A DNA stretch of 64,000 nucleotides from Octopus sinensis (lineage: Eukaryota): positions 30,194,001 through 30,258,000 of the forward strand of contig NC_043002.1 in assembly GCF_006345805.1 (NCBI RefSeq), written 5' to 3'. Below are positions 13,082 through 27,685 of the stretch, piece after piece. The translations under genes were made by a program, and so were the position numbers. The notes below the pieces were generated by a model. It saw only the letters and a program-made list of their open reading frames with translations, made no database searches and was not told the DNA's origin. Position 1 is the first letter of the stretch. Each line of letters opens with the position of its first letter.

Positions 13082-14581
13082 TGTCATCTTGGAGAGGAAT
13101 AGTAAGGGTCAGATTTAACGGTGATGTTCAATTTTAACGTGAATATCCGTGATGATGAAATGTTAAAATGTTAAATTTCAGTACAGTTTATGTAAGAAAA
13201 TCTTCAACCTGTTTATCGATCTAAGTATTGCAGTTTTATAAAAATGTACTTTTCAGTCCAAGTCTGCTTATTGCAGAGTGAATCACAGACACATTCCTTG
13301 ACTGACATGAGGTTTTTAGTTCAACAAGTTTTTCAACTCACTTTCGCGCAGGATTTCAGTCATCTAGTATTTCTGAGTCGATTATTAGTACGGCATTTTT
13401 ATATTTTGACGTGGTGAATGCCACCAAGTCTATTATGTACTGTATGAAATTTCCTCCGTGTGGTAACGTTAAATAGTATTTTTGCATTGTCTGTTTGTCT
13501 TCTGGAAGAGGTGAAGCTCATATGGATGCCAGAGTACATTTAAATTGGTAACTCAAATTTTGTGGATAGTCGTGTGTCAATCAGCTTTGCTACGTTAGTA
13601 AGCCTTCAGATATTTTTTTATCTGAGATTGTGTCAGATAAAAAATATCTGACATCTTATGTAATAGTGGTGTATTGCACAGGAAAAGCTCTCTGCTGACA
13701 ACATCTATCATCTATATTACAGAAGACATGTATATACTTTGCCACCTGTCCAGTGGTGATATCTACTTCCAATATCGCCAATATTGGTTGTTTATACTGA
13801 CTCGTTGAAGCTGGGTAATACGTCCAGACTAGAGTTAGTCTTTTATATACGAATGGCCCATGTACAGTAGCGGCTTTATGACCTTCCCTGTCATTGACCT
13901 ACATGTTATCAATACATTCGTTATTCGTGTTGCTTACGTCCAGACCTTAACTGCTCGAAGTTTAAGCAAATTTTCAGCGAGAAATTTGTTGATACGAATA
14001 TAATCGATTTACATTTTCTTCATCACAGACAAGGAAACGTATCGGACCCTCTTTGAAAGTAATAAAGGCAGTAGCCACCATTAATAAGTGCATTCTTGTA
14101 TTCTTCTGTATATTCAATCGTCCTCAACCACTTTCCTTTCTAAGGATGTACAATCATTCGAGATCAAAGTTATGTTATAAGCAGGGTAGTCTTAGCAACT
14201 TATACCATCCCGGGCAAATCAAAGCTAGAGTTTTTATAGTATTTATTTATGATTGCAAGGTATACCATATGTAGATTAGAAGATCGCTTTGACTTATGAG
14301 GCCCCCGGGCAACTGCCCAATCTACATATGCCTTAAGATGGCACTAGCAGTGTGTATTGCTTTTTATAGATTTCTTGTATTAAAATCTACTAAATTTGAT
14401 TAAGCTATGTCTCAGTTGCTTAATGAGATGTTAACAATCATTGGAGAATCGAAGAAAAAGAAATATCTAGCAATCTTTGTTGCATGCACTTTAATATAAG
14501 AGGTAAATCACGCCAAAATCAACTGATATCCTTCCGCGTTTTAAAAAATTAAACTACGAGTTAAATGAGGGATTGATATAA

Positions 14582-14625
<44 letters not shown>

Positions 14626-14888
14626 CATAATGATATTGCGGGTGGTGGTGGTGGTGAAGATGATGAATTATTTTCAGACTGTTTCTCCACTTTAGTCAAT
14701 TTCACTGCAATATTTTATTATAATTAGTGGTATTTCGAAAACGGCACTTCATTATCATAAACGAGATTTCATTAACAACGTAGGCCGTTGACCCTTTGTT
14801 TCCCCCACCTTTCCTTCTCTATATTTCTCCATTCTGCAGAGTGAATTTAAATTGAGTTATTTTCCTTTTTTACTAGCTACGCATTACA

Positions 14889-14934
<46 letters not shown>

Positions 14935-15626
14935 TATATTCACATGAAGTATTATTCTACATAAATACATCACTGAGTAAATGTGCGTATATGTGTGTTT
15001 GTGAGAGTGAAGGAGAGTGAGAGAAACCGAGTAACCAGCCTTGTGGGTCCCAGGGGCTGAATTGTTTTTATCATTAAACTGCAGCCATGTTTAGGAAGCA
15101 CCTTAAAGGAGTATTAATCGAATGAGCAGACGCCGTTACTTACTGTTTTCAAGGATAGTACTTATTCTGTCGGTCTCTTTTGACGAACATCTAGATTATG
15201 TGAACGAAAACACCCCCCAACAATGGTTGAGAAGCAGTGTTGGAGGACAAATACAGACACAAGCGCACATACACGAGTGTGCATGTGTGCGTGCGCATAC
15301 ATGTGCATACGTACGCATGTACGTATTTTATTATAAAGTATTCCTGTGTATGTGTACGGAATACATGGACAGTGTTTCCATACAATATCAGCACCTTCCT
15401 AGCAACATAATTATCTTTTGTTCATCCTTGAAAGACAAACATTCTTCGTCCGCCATTTCTGTATGTCATTATTTATTATTTTTTTTTTTTGGTTTTTCTT
15501 CTCTTCCTCTCCATCTCTCTCTTCCTTTATATTTTTTATTCACTAGTTTTTTTATTCTTTCCCTTGCATTACGTATTCTACCTCTCCACCAAATCCTCCG
15601 TTATTTATTTCTTTATTATTATTATT

Positions 15627-15840
15627 AAGGTAGTGAGTTGGCAGAATCGTTTGCACATCGGGCAAAATGCTTAGCGGTATTTCGTCTGCTGCTACGTGCT
15701 GAGTTAAGATTCCACTGTGGTCGACTTTGCCTTTCATTCTTTCGGGGTCGATAAATTAAGTACCAGTTGCGTACTGGGGTCGATCTAATCGACTTGCACC
15801 ATCCCTCAAAAATTCAGGCCTTGTGCCTGTAATAGAAAGG
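15627..15840 (+). mobile_element. SINE family A, full length (tail type 2), followed by (ATT)n to ~15925
   Basis: A/B-box-like head, core gtcgactttgcctttcattctttcggggtcgataaattaagtaccag, tail ccttgtgcctgtaatagaaaggattatt. Confidence 0.9.
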
Positions 15841-15902
<62 letters not shown>

Positions 15903-16508
15903 TATCATTATTATTATTATTATTCAATTTGAAATTTTTTTTTCACGTTAAAAGACTTTATATAATCTACATGATGAACATTGCCTGAACACCTAAAGTG
16001 ATAAATGCACGCATACACTTACGTATGAATACGTACTCATAGACGCACACGTACATTGATATACATTTTATTCATACACCTAAAGTTACATACACACAAT
16101 TACTCACCAGTCCTCACACGCTTCATATCAATCTCTTTCTCTCTCTCTCTCTCTCTTTGTCTCCCCTTCGTTTTCACTCTCTCATACACACACACACACA
16201 CACTTACATGCATACATACATACATACATATCCACGCGCGTTGCCGTAGATTACAATATGATTTACCTAAGACCGCACCTGGTTTCCGCTTCAGTGGTTA
16301 TATATGAGGAATTAGTCACTGCTTATAGCTTGTTGTTCCGCTGAATAATTAGCATGGAACCCTAGAGCAGTGCCTTACCATCCCTGTTAAACTTATGTAC
16401 ATCTATTTCTCTTCCATCTATCCCCTACTTCTCAATACCTATGTACGCCAGTATATTACTACGCACACCTGTTCTATATATATTCTTGCAAGGAGAATAC
16501 TACCTACA

Positions 16509-16589
<81 letters not shown>

Positions 16590-16783
16590 GTGTGTATGTG
16601 TATATCTATGAATGTATGTATGTTTGTATGTATCTACTAAAGTAAGCATACATGAATATGTGAACACTGGTGTTGTCTTGCCATAGTGCATTTTCTTAGA
16701 TAAGCTTCCTTATACCAAACTGCCTTCTTACGTTGGTATGACCGTTGTAATTGTGCACTGAGCACTTATGTATGTATACATGC

Positions 16784-16852
<69 letters not shown>

Positions 16853-17029
16853 GACAGAGATCGGCTTCAGTGAGATTTATTTATATAAACCGGGTAATGG
16901 AAAAGGGTTCATTCACTTAAGCGGAATTTGAACTCAGATTGTAAACATACGAAAAGCTAACGGTTTTGCCAACTCGCTGGCTCATATATAGATACATATA
17001 TTCATACATATATATGTTGATGTGTGTAT

Positions 17030-17160
17030 GTGGCTTGGTAGGTAGGACATTGTACTCATGATCGTAAGATTGTGGTTTCGCTTCTTCGGCCAGTCGAAGC
17101 ATTGTGAAATTGAGCAGAATATTTAATTTCACGTTGTTCCGGTCCACTCAGCTGGCAATA
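17030..17160 (+). mobile_element. Degenerate fragment of a third tRNA-type SINE
   Basis: tRNA-like head (ttggtaggtaggacattgtactcatgatcgtaagattgtggtttcg) then ttgagcag...atttcacgttgttccggtccactcagctg. Single copy here, recognised from memory of mollusc SINEs only. Confidence 0.4.
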
Positions 17161-17570
17161 AAGAGCAATCCTACAACAGACCGGCGTCCTGTCCACCGGC
17201 GCATATATACACAATAGATATGGTAGACCGGCTTCATGAGTCTATAACGCAAAGGATCTCGAACCTTTTGAACATATATGTGTTATATAAATGGTCACGG
17301 ATTCTCAGCGTATATATATCCTCTTCATACTGATAATATAAAGATTAACAACAATATAGAATATTAAGGTGTGGATCGGGTATTAAACTTTCCTGAAGTT
17401 TACTTAGAATCGAAACTTTGATATATGCCACAGCACTGAAAGACAAATGATCCTTTCAGTTTCGAAAAATAAGACAATAAAACAGGTTTTGTATTATCCT
17501 TGCGACAAGTGTTCCAACAGAACTGTTACGTAGGTTATATAAGTATATGTGTATATGTAGATACTATGCA

Positions 17571-17625
<55 letters not shown>

Positions 17626-18050
17626 TATATATAATATATATATATATAATATATATATATATATACATACATGCATACATACATACATACACATACTAAC
17701 ACATATACAGCGCTCTCTCTCTCTCTTATATATAATGTTTCTCTTTATGTGTGTAAGACATGTGGAGGCATATTTTAGGAATTGTTTGTAGAAATTTTGT
17801 AGAATTTATGTTCTTTAGAAATGTTAAAGAGAATTCGTTTTCTAAATATATATCCTGTTAACGAGATATATATCACTATTTACATTTGTGCATTTTGTGT
17901 GATTGTGTTATTAGCAAGCGGAGTATCTTACATAAATATATAATAACTACGTTAAACAATGTATGTATAACACTTAAACTAAGTTATTGTGTCTACCGCC
18001 ATGTATATGCAATAATCTCTTTATCTACATTATCACGGATATTATACATG

Positions 18051-18085
<35 letters not shown>

Positions 18086-18088
18086 TTA

Positions 18089-18156
<68 letters not shown>

Positions 18157-19123
18157 CATACATACACACACCCACACGTCTCTCCACTTATATGTTTGGG
18201 TGTCTGTCTGTAAGCGTGTGCGCGTGCGTGCATGTTTCTGTTTTATCTACGTTGATGTTTAGATGAAACATGTGAAAAATAAGTAAAAAGTTAAAAGCAA
18301 AAGCTTCTAATAAGATTTTCATAATTTCATAATCCAGCTATTGTCATAATGGCGTCTATTACAGTTCCGCCATATTGTTTTGCTTGCATTTTGCCTATTC
18401 GCCATTACATTCAGCAATAACATATCTATTTATCTATATGTTTACGTCAGTGTGTCGCTGTTTGCGAGTCTGTGTATATCTTTCACTCTATTTCTCCATC
18501 TGTCTCCATCTATCGTTTTGTCTATTCATTTATTGCCTTTTTCTTTTCATTTTTTCTTTAATGATTTTACTTAATATATTTGCCTGTTCAGGAAAGTTAA
18601 TTTAATATTTGTGCAAAATTTAGAAACTCTTGCCGCCGGTTGCCCCACACACATAAACAACTTAAACACGCTCACACAGGCTCACACATATGCACACGTG
18701 TATACATGTGCACAATTCTCTATATTTAAGCATATATATATTTTTAGTTATATGCGCTTATGTATGCATGCAAATATGCGTTCAAATAAATACATTATGT
18801 AACTGTATGGAAAAATCTATGTACATAGGCATATATACACATGTACGCATTCAAATATATATATAGTGTATATGCATGGACATATCTATTCATTCACATA
18901 TATACATAATGTAAATCCATCTATATATACAAAGTATATATATATGAATGTATGTATATAAATATATATATAATATATATATAGATATAATATATATATA
19001 TATATATATATAACATCTTTATACAAGGGCTAATAGGATTTTTTTATTTCAACCGTAAAGGTTTTTTTAATATACTGCCATGGAATTCTTTTCTGTAGAG
19101 AAAGGGACTTCATCCTATATTTG

Positions 19124-19158
<35 letters not shown>

Positions 19159-21427
19159 TACGCATATATACATACGTGCACTGATACAATATGTACGTAC
19201 ACACATATACGTATTCTTATTTCTATGTGTGTGCCTTATTTAATGAAGTGTCCTCTCCCAGTTTCGACAATGAGCATTCATTTATTCCATATATAATATA
19301 TATATATACTTTAGTTATGTTATCCTTGTTGCTTATTTTGATGTATGTATGTATGTATGAAGATTGAATATTAGAGTCACAGTGCCAGTAGTTAGACTTC
19401 CATCCAGTTTCCATCTTCCTCCTTTCAGGCCGAGCATTCGGCTTGCTCATTTACATGTGTCTAAATCACCAGGTATAGGGATCGATACAGTTTCACATGT
19501 GATTTGAAGGAAATATTTCATGCCTCTTTGCATACACACACACACACACACACACACATACACAGAGTTTGTGTCTGTGTGTGTGTAGTTATTTATGCTT
19601 ATATGTTTATATGTGTGTATGCATACATACATGCGCTCACACACTCGTACACAAGCTTAGAAAACGTATTTTTCTCGATATGTGTATAAATTCTTCCACC
19701 TTTCTGTCATAAGTTCATACTTGCGTGTTTACATATAAATCATAAAGCCATAAAAGGAACACTCTCTCTCACACAAACACACGCACGCACACACATAGAC
19801 ACACACGCAGAATTTCTGATGTGTGCTCTTGTATCTCATATCTCTAATGGAAGGCACACGCACATTGAGTGCGGGTAGCGTCCGTGGTAGCAATAATTCG
19901 CCCCCTATTCATTTTACATTATATGTTCCTTATCTGATCCATACATCTATCTGGTCTTTGCCCATCCTCCTAACATCCTCGCCCATTACCATGCTGTAAA
20001 ACCAGTGGCGCGCTGGCTAAGCGCTGATATCTTAGATGAGACGATACGATAAGCGTTAAATGGCTACTGTAAACCATGAGACATAAACCATTTAAGTTCA
20101 TTTTTGCAAAGAATTATACACCGATATTTAGAGAAAACCTATTTAGCAGGAGCCCTATAACGCCAATACGTCGATTTTCTTCTTGTGTGTGCGCACGCAT
20201 GTGTGTGTGTGTGTGTCTGTGTGTAAAGGTGTTCTTATATAGAAATTTTTCTATAGTTTCGTGTTTAAGCTGTCGATGTGCGAATGCTAATATGAAAATA
20301 GAATAAAAGAAATAATAATAAAAAAAACAATGTATTTACACTACAAGAGTGTATTTTAAGAAATATGTATGTATATGTATGCATATATATTGATACACAT
20401 ATGTATAAAGCGTTGAGGTAGTTAAAAAAGTTGTGAAGTTTATTCCGTTAGTGAAGTGTGTGTGTTGACGCTTCCAGAAACACACGTCAACATAAACCAA
20501 ATTCTATCCCACTGCATACTCAGAACGTTGCATGGTCCTTCTTAAGACATTCTTTGGAGTACAAACATATTACGTCTCACATATCCGAATTTTGTAGAAG
20601 TTTAGCATGATTGAGAAAAACGGATCAGCTTTTACAGAGGTTCTCACTCTAACGTACTCGGGAGACGAAGCTGAGTCTCCCTAGTTTAACTTCCCCAGAT
20701 TCAAACTTCCACATATGAAATCCTTTTTAACCATTTTCTCGAATCTAATTCTCCTGATGTTTTACAAAAAGGAATTCCACATCAGTGAAATACTGGTTGG
20801 TCGGTTGGTTGGTTGGTTGGTTGGTTTGGTGTATAGACACAAGCTTTATAAAGTAATTTTGAATTACTCAGCTTTTATTCGAAGATATCGTCATTGCAGA
20901 CGTATCTATTCATGTGCTGAATATTGCGCATGACGTAGATAACTGAAATACTTAGTGCTGCCACCTTGTGGCATGCCAGAAGTTAGAGCACATAACTCTA
21001 AGATTACGTAGAAAAACTGATCTACAGAATATAAGCGTCCAAACTATATGATCTTAGAAGATCTTATGACAGGATTTTGAGGAGGTTTCATTCAGTATTT
21101 TTATGTTGTTTTGAGTCGCGGCTGTTCATTTCAACAAGCGGTGATCTGCTCATTCTTCTTTATATCACTACGTTGATTACAGGCATGTATTAATTAGCTG
21201 AGCAAAAGCAGTGAGACTCTTGATCAGTGCTTTACAAGTAGCTTTAGGCTACACACACACTCTCTCTCGCTCTCTCTCCGTTTCCCCTCATTACTAAGAT
21301 TTTCTCCCTTTCTTCTACTCCCATCTCTCATTACCTGTCTAATATATGTCATTGCAGGTGAGGTGAAACTAATTCAGTAAGAGTGCATCTTACACTGACA
21401 TGCGGTATATCTATCAATCTCTCTGCC

Positions 21428-21474
<47 letters not shown>

Positions 21475-21689
21475 CTATCTTGATAGTTATCTAAATCTAT
21501 CTATCTGTCTGTCTATCCATCTATCAAATCGTTTTCGTTTATATCAATATGTGTGTGTGTGTATATATTATACATATCTACGTAGACATGCACGTGTAAT
21601 GTGTGTGCGTTTAGGTATATCTATCTATCTATATATGCATGTATCTATCTATCTACCTATCTACCTATCTACCTATCTACCTATCTATC

Positions 21690-21744
<55 letters not shown>

Positions 21745-22910
21745 CTATCTATCTACACACACATAAGTGCGCATGGACAGAAAGGAGTGATATATATACG
21801 AAAAACAGCTAAATATATCCGTTATTTGTTCGATTTTGTATTTCATTCGCTCATTGTCTCTTTGTATCAAGAATGACATAAATACACCTGGAACGCTTAG
21901 TAAATATAACCAGAGACAACCATACGTTTCGAAATAAAGTGAAGAAGTGTAACATTTATGAATATTTAAAGCATACGTGTGAATATATTTAAAAGCTAAT
22001 CGATGCATGCGTGCATATATTGACAAATATAGTCTGGTAAGAATAGGGCATGTCATTAATGAGGTCGCCGATGGCATCGAAACTTCTCTGACAGGTCAGT
22101 TAATAGATTGCTTGATCGATCGATTAATTAAAGAATTGCTTCCTTAATCGGTTTATTTGTTAACTATTTGATTAATAATGACGATAAAAGAAACAATGCG
22201 TGCATTTCCTATTAGCAAAATGGCCTTATCAAAATACAACCTCTGGACACATGGTTTCACAGCGAGGATCTTGCAAAACCTCCGTAGGTGGCGGGAAGGG
22301 CTGCGCGTGTATGATTGATTGATTGATTCTAGTTTCAGCTCACGAGCTGTGGCCATGCTGGGGCACCGCCATTTATCTGTATACGTATATGTATATGTCT
22401 GTGTGTGTGTGTACACTTAACAACACAAACACACACACACACCACAGCAACAGCAACAATGTATCTCTCATCGGTGAGACTTGCTGCTGTTGAGAATTGT
22501 GTTGGAAATGATATTTTCTGTGATGTTAATAACAATGATGATGATGATGATGATGATGATGGCAATGGTGGTCTTCATATTTACCTTCGTTCACACGAAA
22601 TACTGGCTTGAGAAACAATCGTGCCAAATGTTTCACGTTATTGTTGTTGCTGTCGTTGTTATCATTTCTATTATTAATAGTTATTACATGTTTATCATGT
22701 TGATTATCATGATGATGACGGTGGATATGGCAGCAAGGCAACGCCAGGTTTCACAAGTTCATCTATACATACTTTCGTATATATATATTATATATATAAA
22801 TTAATAAATAAATAAATATATGCATATATACATTCATAATGTACGTACCTACCTCTACATGTATATATATATAATATATATATATATATAATATATATAT
22901 ATATACATTA

Positions 22911-23015
22911 TATGCACACACATATGTGTGTCTGTGCGTGTGTATTTATGTATACACACATATTTATTTGGAAGCAAGGAGTTCTGTTATCCCCTTTCCG
23001 CTAATACATACACGC

Positions 23016-23047
<32 letters not shown>

Positions 23048-23390
23048 AATATTATATATATATATATATATATAATATATAATATATATATATATATATA
23101 TATAATATATATATACACGTACGATTTTATGTTTTACGATCCTAGGGGTGGTGTTAGTTGGCAAACATTTCATTGCTTTCTATAGGCGGAAGAGTTAATT
23201 AATTTCAGAAGACACACGTTATAAACGAACGCGTTAACACCCACACAAACATACGCACACCATACACACACAGAGAGCTTAATCTGAGCCGGAGAGCATT
23301 TATATACACTCAACATACTCATTGGATCATCTTGTACATACACACACACATATGTAATTATATATATATATATACATGTATATATATATA

Positions 23391-23443
<53 letters not shown>

Positions 23444-23548
23444 TGCACACACATATGTGTGTCTGTGCGTGTGTATTTATGTATACACACATATTTATTT
23501 GGAAGCAAGGAGTTCTGGTTATACCCCTTTCCGCTAATACATACACGC

Positions 23549-23581
<33 letters not shown>

Positions 23582-23585
23582 ATAT

Positions 23586-23619
<34 letters not shown>

Positions 23620-23880
23620 CACGTACGATTTTATGTTTTACGATCCTAGGGGTGGTGTTAGTTGGCAAACATTTCATTGCTTTCTATAGGCGGAAGAGTT
23701 AATAATTTCAGAAGACACACGTTATAACGAACGCGTTAACACCCACCCCAACATACGCACACATACACACACAGAGAGCTTAATCTGAGCCGGAGCATTT
23801 ATTACACTCAACATACTCATTGGATCATCTTGTACATACACACACACATATGTAATTATATATATAATACATGTATAATA
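22911..23880. repeat. Tandem duplication, 2 copies, period ~531 bp
   Basis: Unique sequence (ggaagcaaggagttctg, cctaggggtggtgttagttggcaaac, ctgagccggagagcatt) recurs at a ~531 bp offset (tatgcacacac at 22911 and 23442). Confidence 0.92.
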
Positions 23881-23920
23881 TATATAATATATATATATAT
23901 GGTGTGTAGTATGTGTATCT

Positions 23921-23954
<34 letters not shown>

Positions 23955-24002
23955 GTATATATGTATATATATGTGTATATATATTTATCTATAGGTATCT
24001 AT

Positions 24003-24040
<38 letters not shown>

Positions 24041-24121
24041 GATATATATATATATATATCATATATATATGTGTGTCTATCTATATATATATGCACCGCA
24101 GTTTCACACATATATGCCTTT

Positions 24122-24155
<34 letters not shown>

Positions 24156-24545
24156 CAGTAGTAGTAGTAGAATGCATGCTGTAGCATATATATGTGTGTG
24201 CTCCTGTGTATAAGTGTGAATATATTTATAGTAAGGCAAGAAGAAAAAAAGAGAGAAGCTGCGACTGAATAAATATAAAATGGCGAAAAGAGAAGTGAGG
24301 AAAAAAAAAACGTACGTATATGAATAATGGAAATATTATAAAGATAAATATAATAGACAATATTAAAATAGAATAGGGGATTGATATAACAAATAGACGT
24401 CAAAACTAAATACATGCATGCACACATACGTATGTATATGTGTTGTATGTATATATGGATGAATGGATAGAGTGAGAAACTTCATTTTAGATATGACAGT
24501 AACTACATATATATACATACAGACACACATGTGTGTATGTGAGTG

Positions 24546-24576
<31 letters not shown>

Positions 24577-25401
24577 CATATATATTCTTATATATATATT
24601 CTATATATATTCTTATGCACACAGTCACATTCATATATAAATACACGTTGATAGTAGCTTCCTTCTATTAGAGGGAGCCACTGACGATTGCTATGTCCTG
24701 GAGGCAAACGCTACAATTACGCGTGAACTGCAAAAAAAGACGGCGAGAACATAGCATCGTACGAAGTCTTAATGAAATTCTTATAAGAATAACATGCTAG
24801 CTCGGGGCGAAGATGTCGGTGAAGGGTGAGGTCGGGGAAGACTTCTGCGTGTATGTGCATGTGTTTGTGTTGCGAGTGTTTGTGCGCATGTGTGTGTGTG
24901 TGTTTTGATGCGAGTGAGGCGTGTGGAACGTGGTTTGTTGGGGGATGTACCAACGTGCTGTATGAGTGTGAGTATGTGTGCATGCGTAATATAACATAAT
25001 CGTACGTATATGATGAGTTCGTGTGTATCTGTGCATCTATATGTACAAGCATACATACATTTATACATGTATATATGTATATTCATAAAAAGAAATTACT
25101 GTGTGAGTAGAGAGGTATGTGTAAATGTGTGTTTACACACACACACACTCACACGCATACAGTAAGTGTCTTTTACATATATATAATATACACTTGACTT
25201 GAGAAAACAGCTTTTATATATATATATATGCTGAAGTCAAGTAGGGTCAGATATTAACAGCAAAAATCTATGCGACAAATATACACATATATACACTTAA
25301 GTAAATGAGTAAGCCTTAATATTTGTTCGTAGAGTGTGTGTGTGTGTGTGAGTATGTATAAAGTTCCCTTTTGTGCATATATTCCATATGTATGTATATA
25401 T

Positions 25402-25438
<37 letters not shown>

Positions 25439-26022
25439 GCGTTGAATGGTTGCACACGCTGCATGGGAATACGGGGAGGTTGGTATTTGCCCAAACTACA
25501 CGGAACCAGCAATCAATCAAGCAAGCACCCGTAAAAGAATAGGAAAAACAAAATAAAACTCCCGCGAGGAATACAGCCTCTTTCTCTTTCTCTCACACCT
25601 CTCTCTCTCTCTCTTTGTTTCCCTTCTCTCTCACACACGTGCACTCTCATAGACACACTCAGAACATCTAGAATAAATATGGGGTGGCCTTCGTATGCGG
25701 AGCAAACAGAAAGAACATGATTTAAAACAAGTGGATGTCGAAATGGTCCTGGGTAGCAGAAAGTTGCAGGGGTATGTCAGATGGTGTGGTTTGCGTTGTG
25801 GGTGGTGTTAGGAACGAAAGCAGGCATCTTTCGACAAGCTCCGTTTACTGCGGTGTAAAACGGTTTGGTGGGTGCAGTGATAGATATCAGGCTGTGGAAT
25901 GGATTGGCCCCCATATCCGTTTATAATTCATTTGCAGCGATGGGTACGTAATAATAACGATGTGACGGAGCAGTCCATAGTATACATATATATATATGTG
26001 TGTGTGTTGTATATATACATTC

Positions 26023-26053
<31 letters not shown>

Positions 26054-26152
26054 ATGTTGCACTGCTAATCTGAGATTGAGTTTCTCATTAATCCTTTCTT
26101 TTTCTTTGATAAACGCATTTCTTCCCTTATTTCTTTCTTTCTTCCTTCATTC

Positions 26153-26202
<50 letters not shown>

Positions 26203-27685
26203 CTCTCTCTCTTAACCTCTCGTCTCTTCTCCCCTTCTCTGTTCGGGTATATGATCTACATGTATTTGTGTGTGTGTAGGTGTGTGTATATACCTGTGTA
26301 TGTATGTTTATATATGTATGTACTGTTAAGCATGTAATGTAGCATTCATCTTACACGATTTCTATTCTGAGTAAACCGAAATTATATGCATATATATCAT
26401 ATATATACACACATACACATACATACACACATGTATGTATGTATGTATATATCATGTATATATACTCATATATAGTCAGTGTATAAACCACGTTGATAAT
26501 ACACTGCAAATCCAACCCGGGCCTAACACCCGTTCGGTCACTCACACCAACACTCTCTGTATCTTTCTCTTACTCTGTCTCTGTCACCACCACCCTCACT
26601 CATTCGTTCTTCCTTACTCTCTACTACCACAACACGATTAGAGTCGTGTTAACCCATAGACTTTCTGTAAAACTATATTTATAGATCTGAATGCTGTCTT
26701 CTGTGTATGTGTTACTATCTGGGTGTGTATGAATGGTAGTGATGGTGTGTATGTGTGTGTGTTGCAAATGCATATATGTGTGTATGTGGCTGCATAAATT
26801 TTTCTTGCATTGAGTGAAAATATCGCCAAGTTAGTTTATGGATCGTAGTAGTATTTGTTAGCGAACATAGTAGAAATGATCACTGCAGTGGCTGCTGCAG
26901 CTCTACTACTACTACTAATACTACTACTACTACTACTTCTACTATTACTACTATTACTACTACTACTACTACTACTACAACATAGCGTTGGAATATGGTG
27001 ATGGATGGAGGTTTGGAGTAAAGATGATGGTAATAGTGGTTGTATCAATACTAATGTCTGTGTTCGTTAAAGCAGTACTGTTAGTAGTTGCTGAGTGTCG
27101 CACAAAATATGCCTAGTGGTATTTATCTAGCGACGGCCCTTTTTTCTCTCTCTTCAAGTCCTACTGATGTCAACTTTACGTATCATCTCCCGTGGAAGTT
27201 GGACGGTTAAATAAGAAACAGCTGAGCACTGGGGTCGATGTAATCGAGTAGAACCCTACCCGAAGTTTCAGGCCGAGTTCCTTCAGTAGAAAGAATACAC
27301 CTGTAGATTGGAGATCAACAATTGGGTGAGGGCTCGTGGCTTGATGGTCAGGGTATCCCTGATTCTGCAGGGTTCCTTGATTGGCTCTAGTTGGAATTTT
27401 TCTGTTTTCGGGAGGACTACATCACTCATGTGTTCAAATGATATGTATAATACTTATCCTTTTATCGCATTCCACTGTCTTTTCTTTTTCATTTTCTTCA
27501 TCTTTTATGAAAATCCCCACTCAAATTGTTGACCCTTCTTAATCGATGTCCTTGTACCTATTAAAAATCATCATCATCGTCGTCGTCGTCATCATCATTA
27601 CCTTTGTTATGATTTTTTGTTATTAATAGCCACAGGAATATCGATGAGGAGGATATCAATATCATCATCATAATTATTATCACAA

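Noticed and set aside
13200-13600. Faint reverse-transcriptase-like wording on the minus strand (FIQYIIDLVAFT resembling YxDD)
   Set aside because: The catalytic aspartates are absent and stops are frequent; it would need tBLASTx/HMMER support.
15122-15628. ORF starting MSRRRY, similar to the SALL N-terminal MSRRKQ motif
   Set aside because: It diverges at residue 5, lacks KQxKP, begins in a SINE family B remnant and continues through low-complexity sequence.
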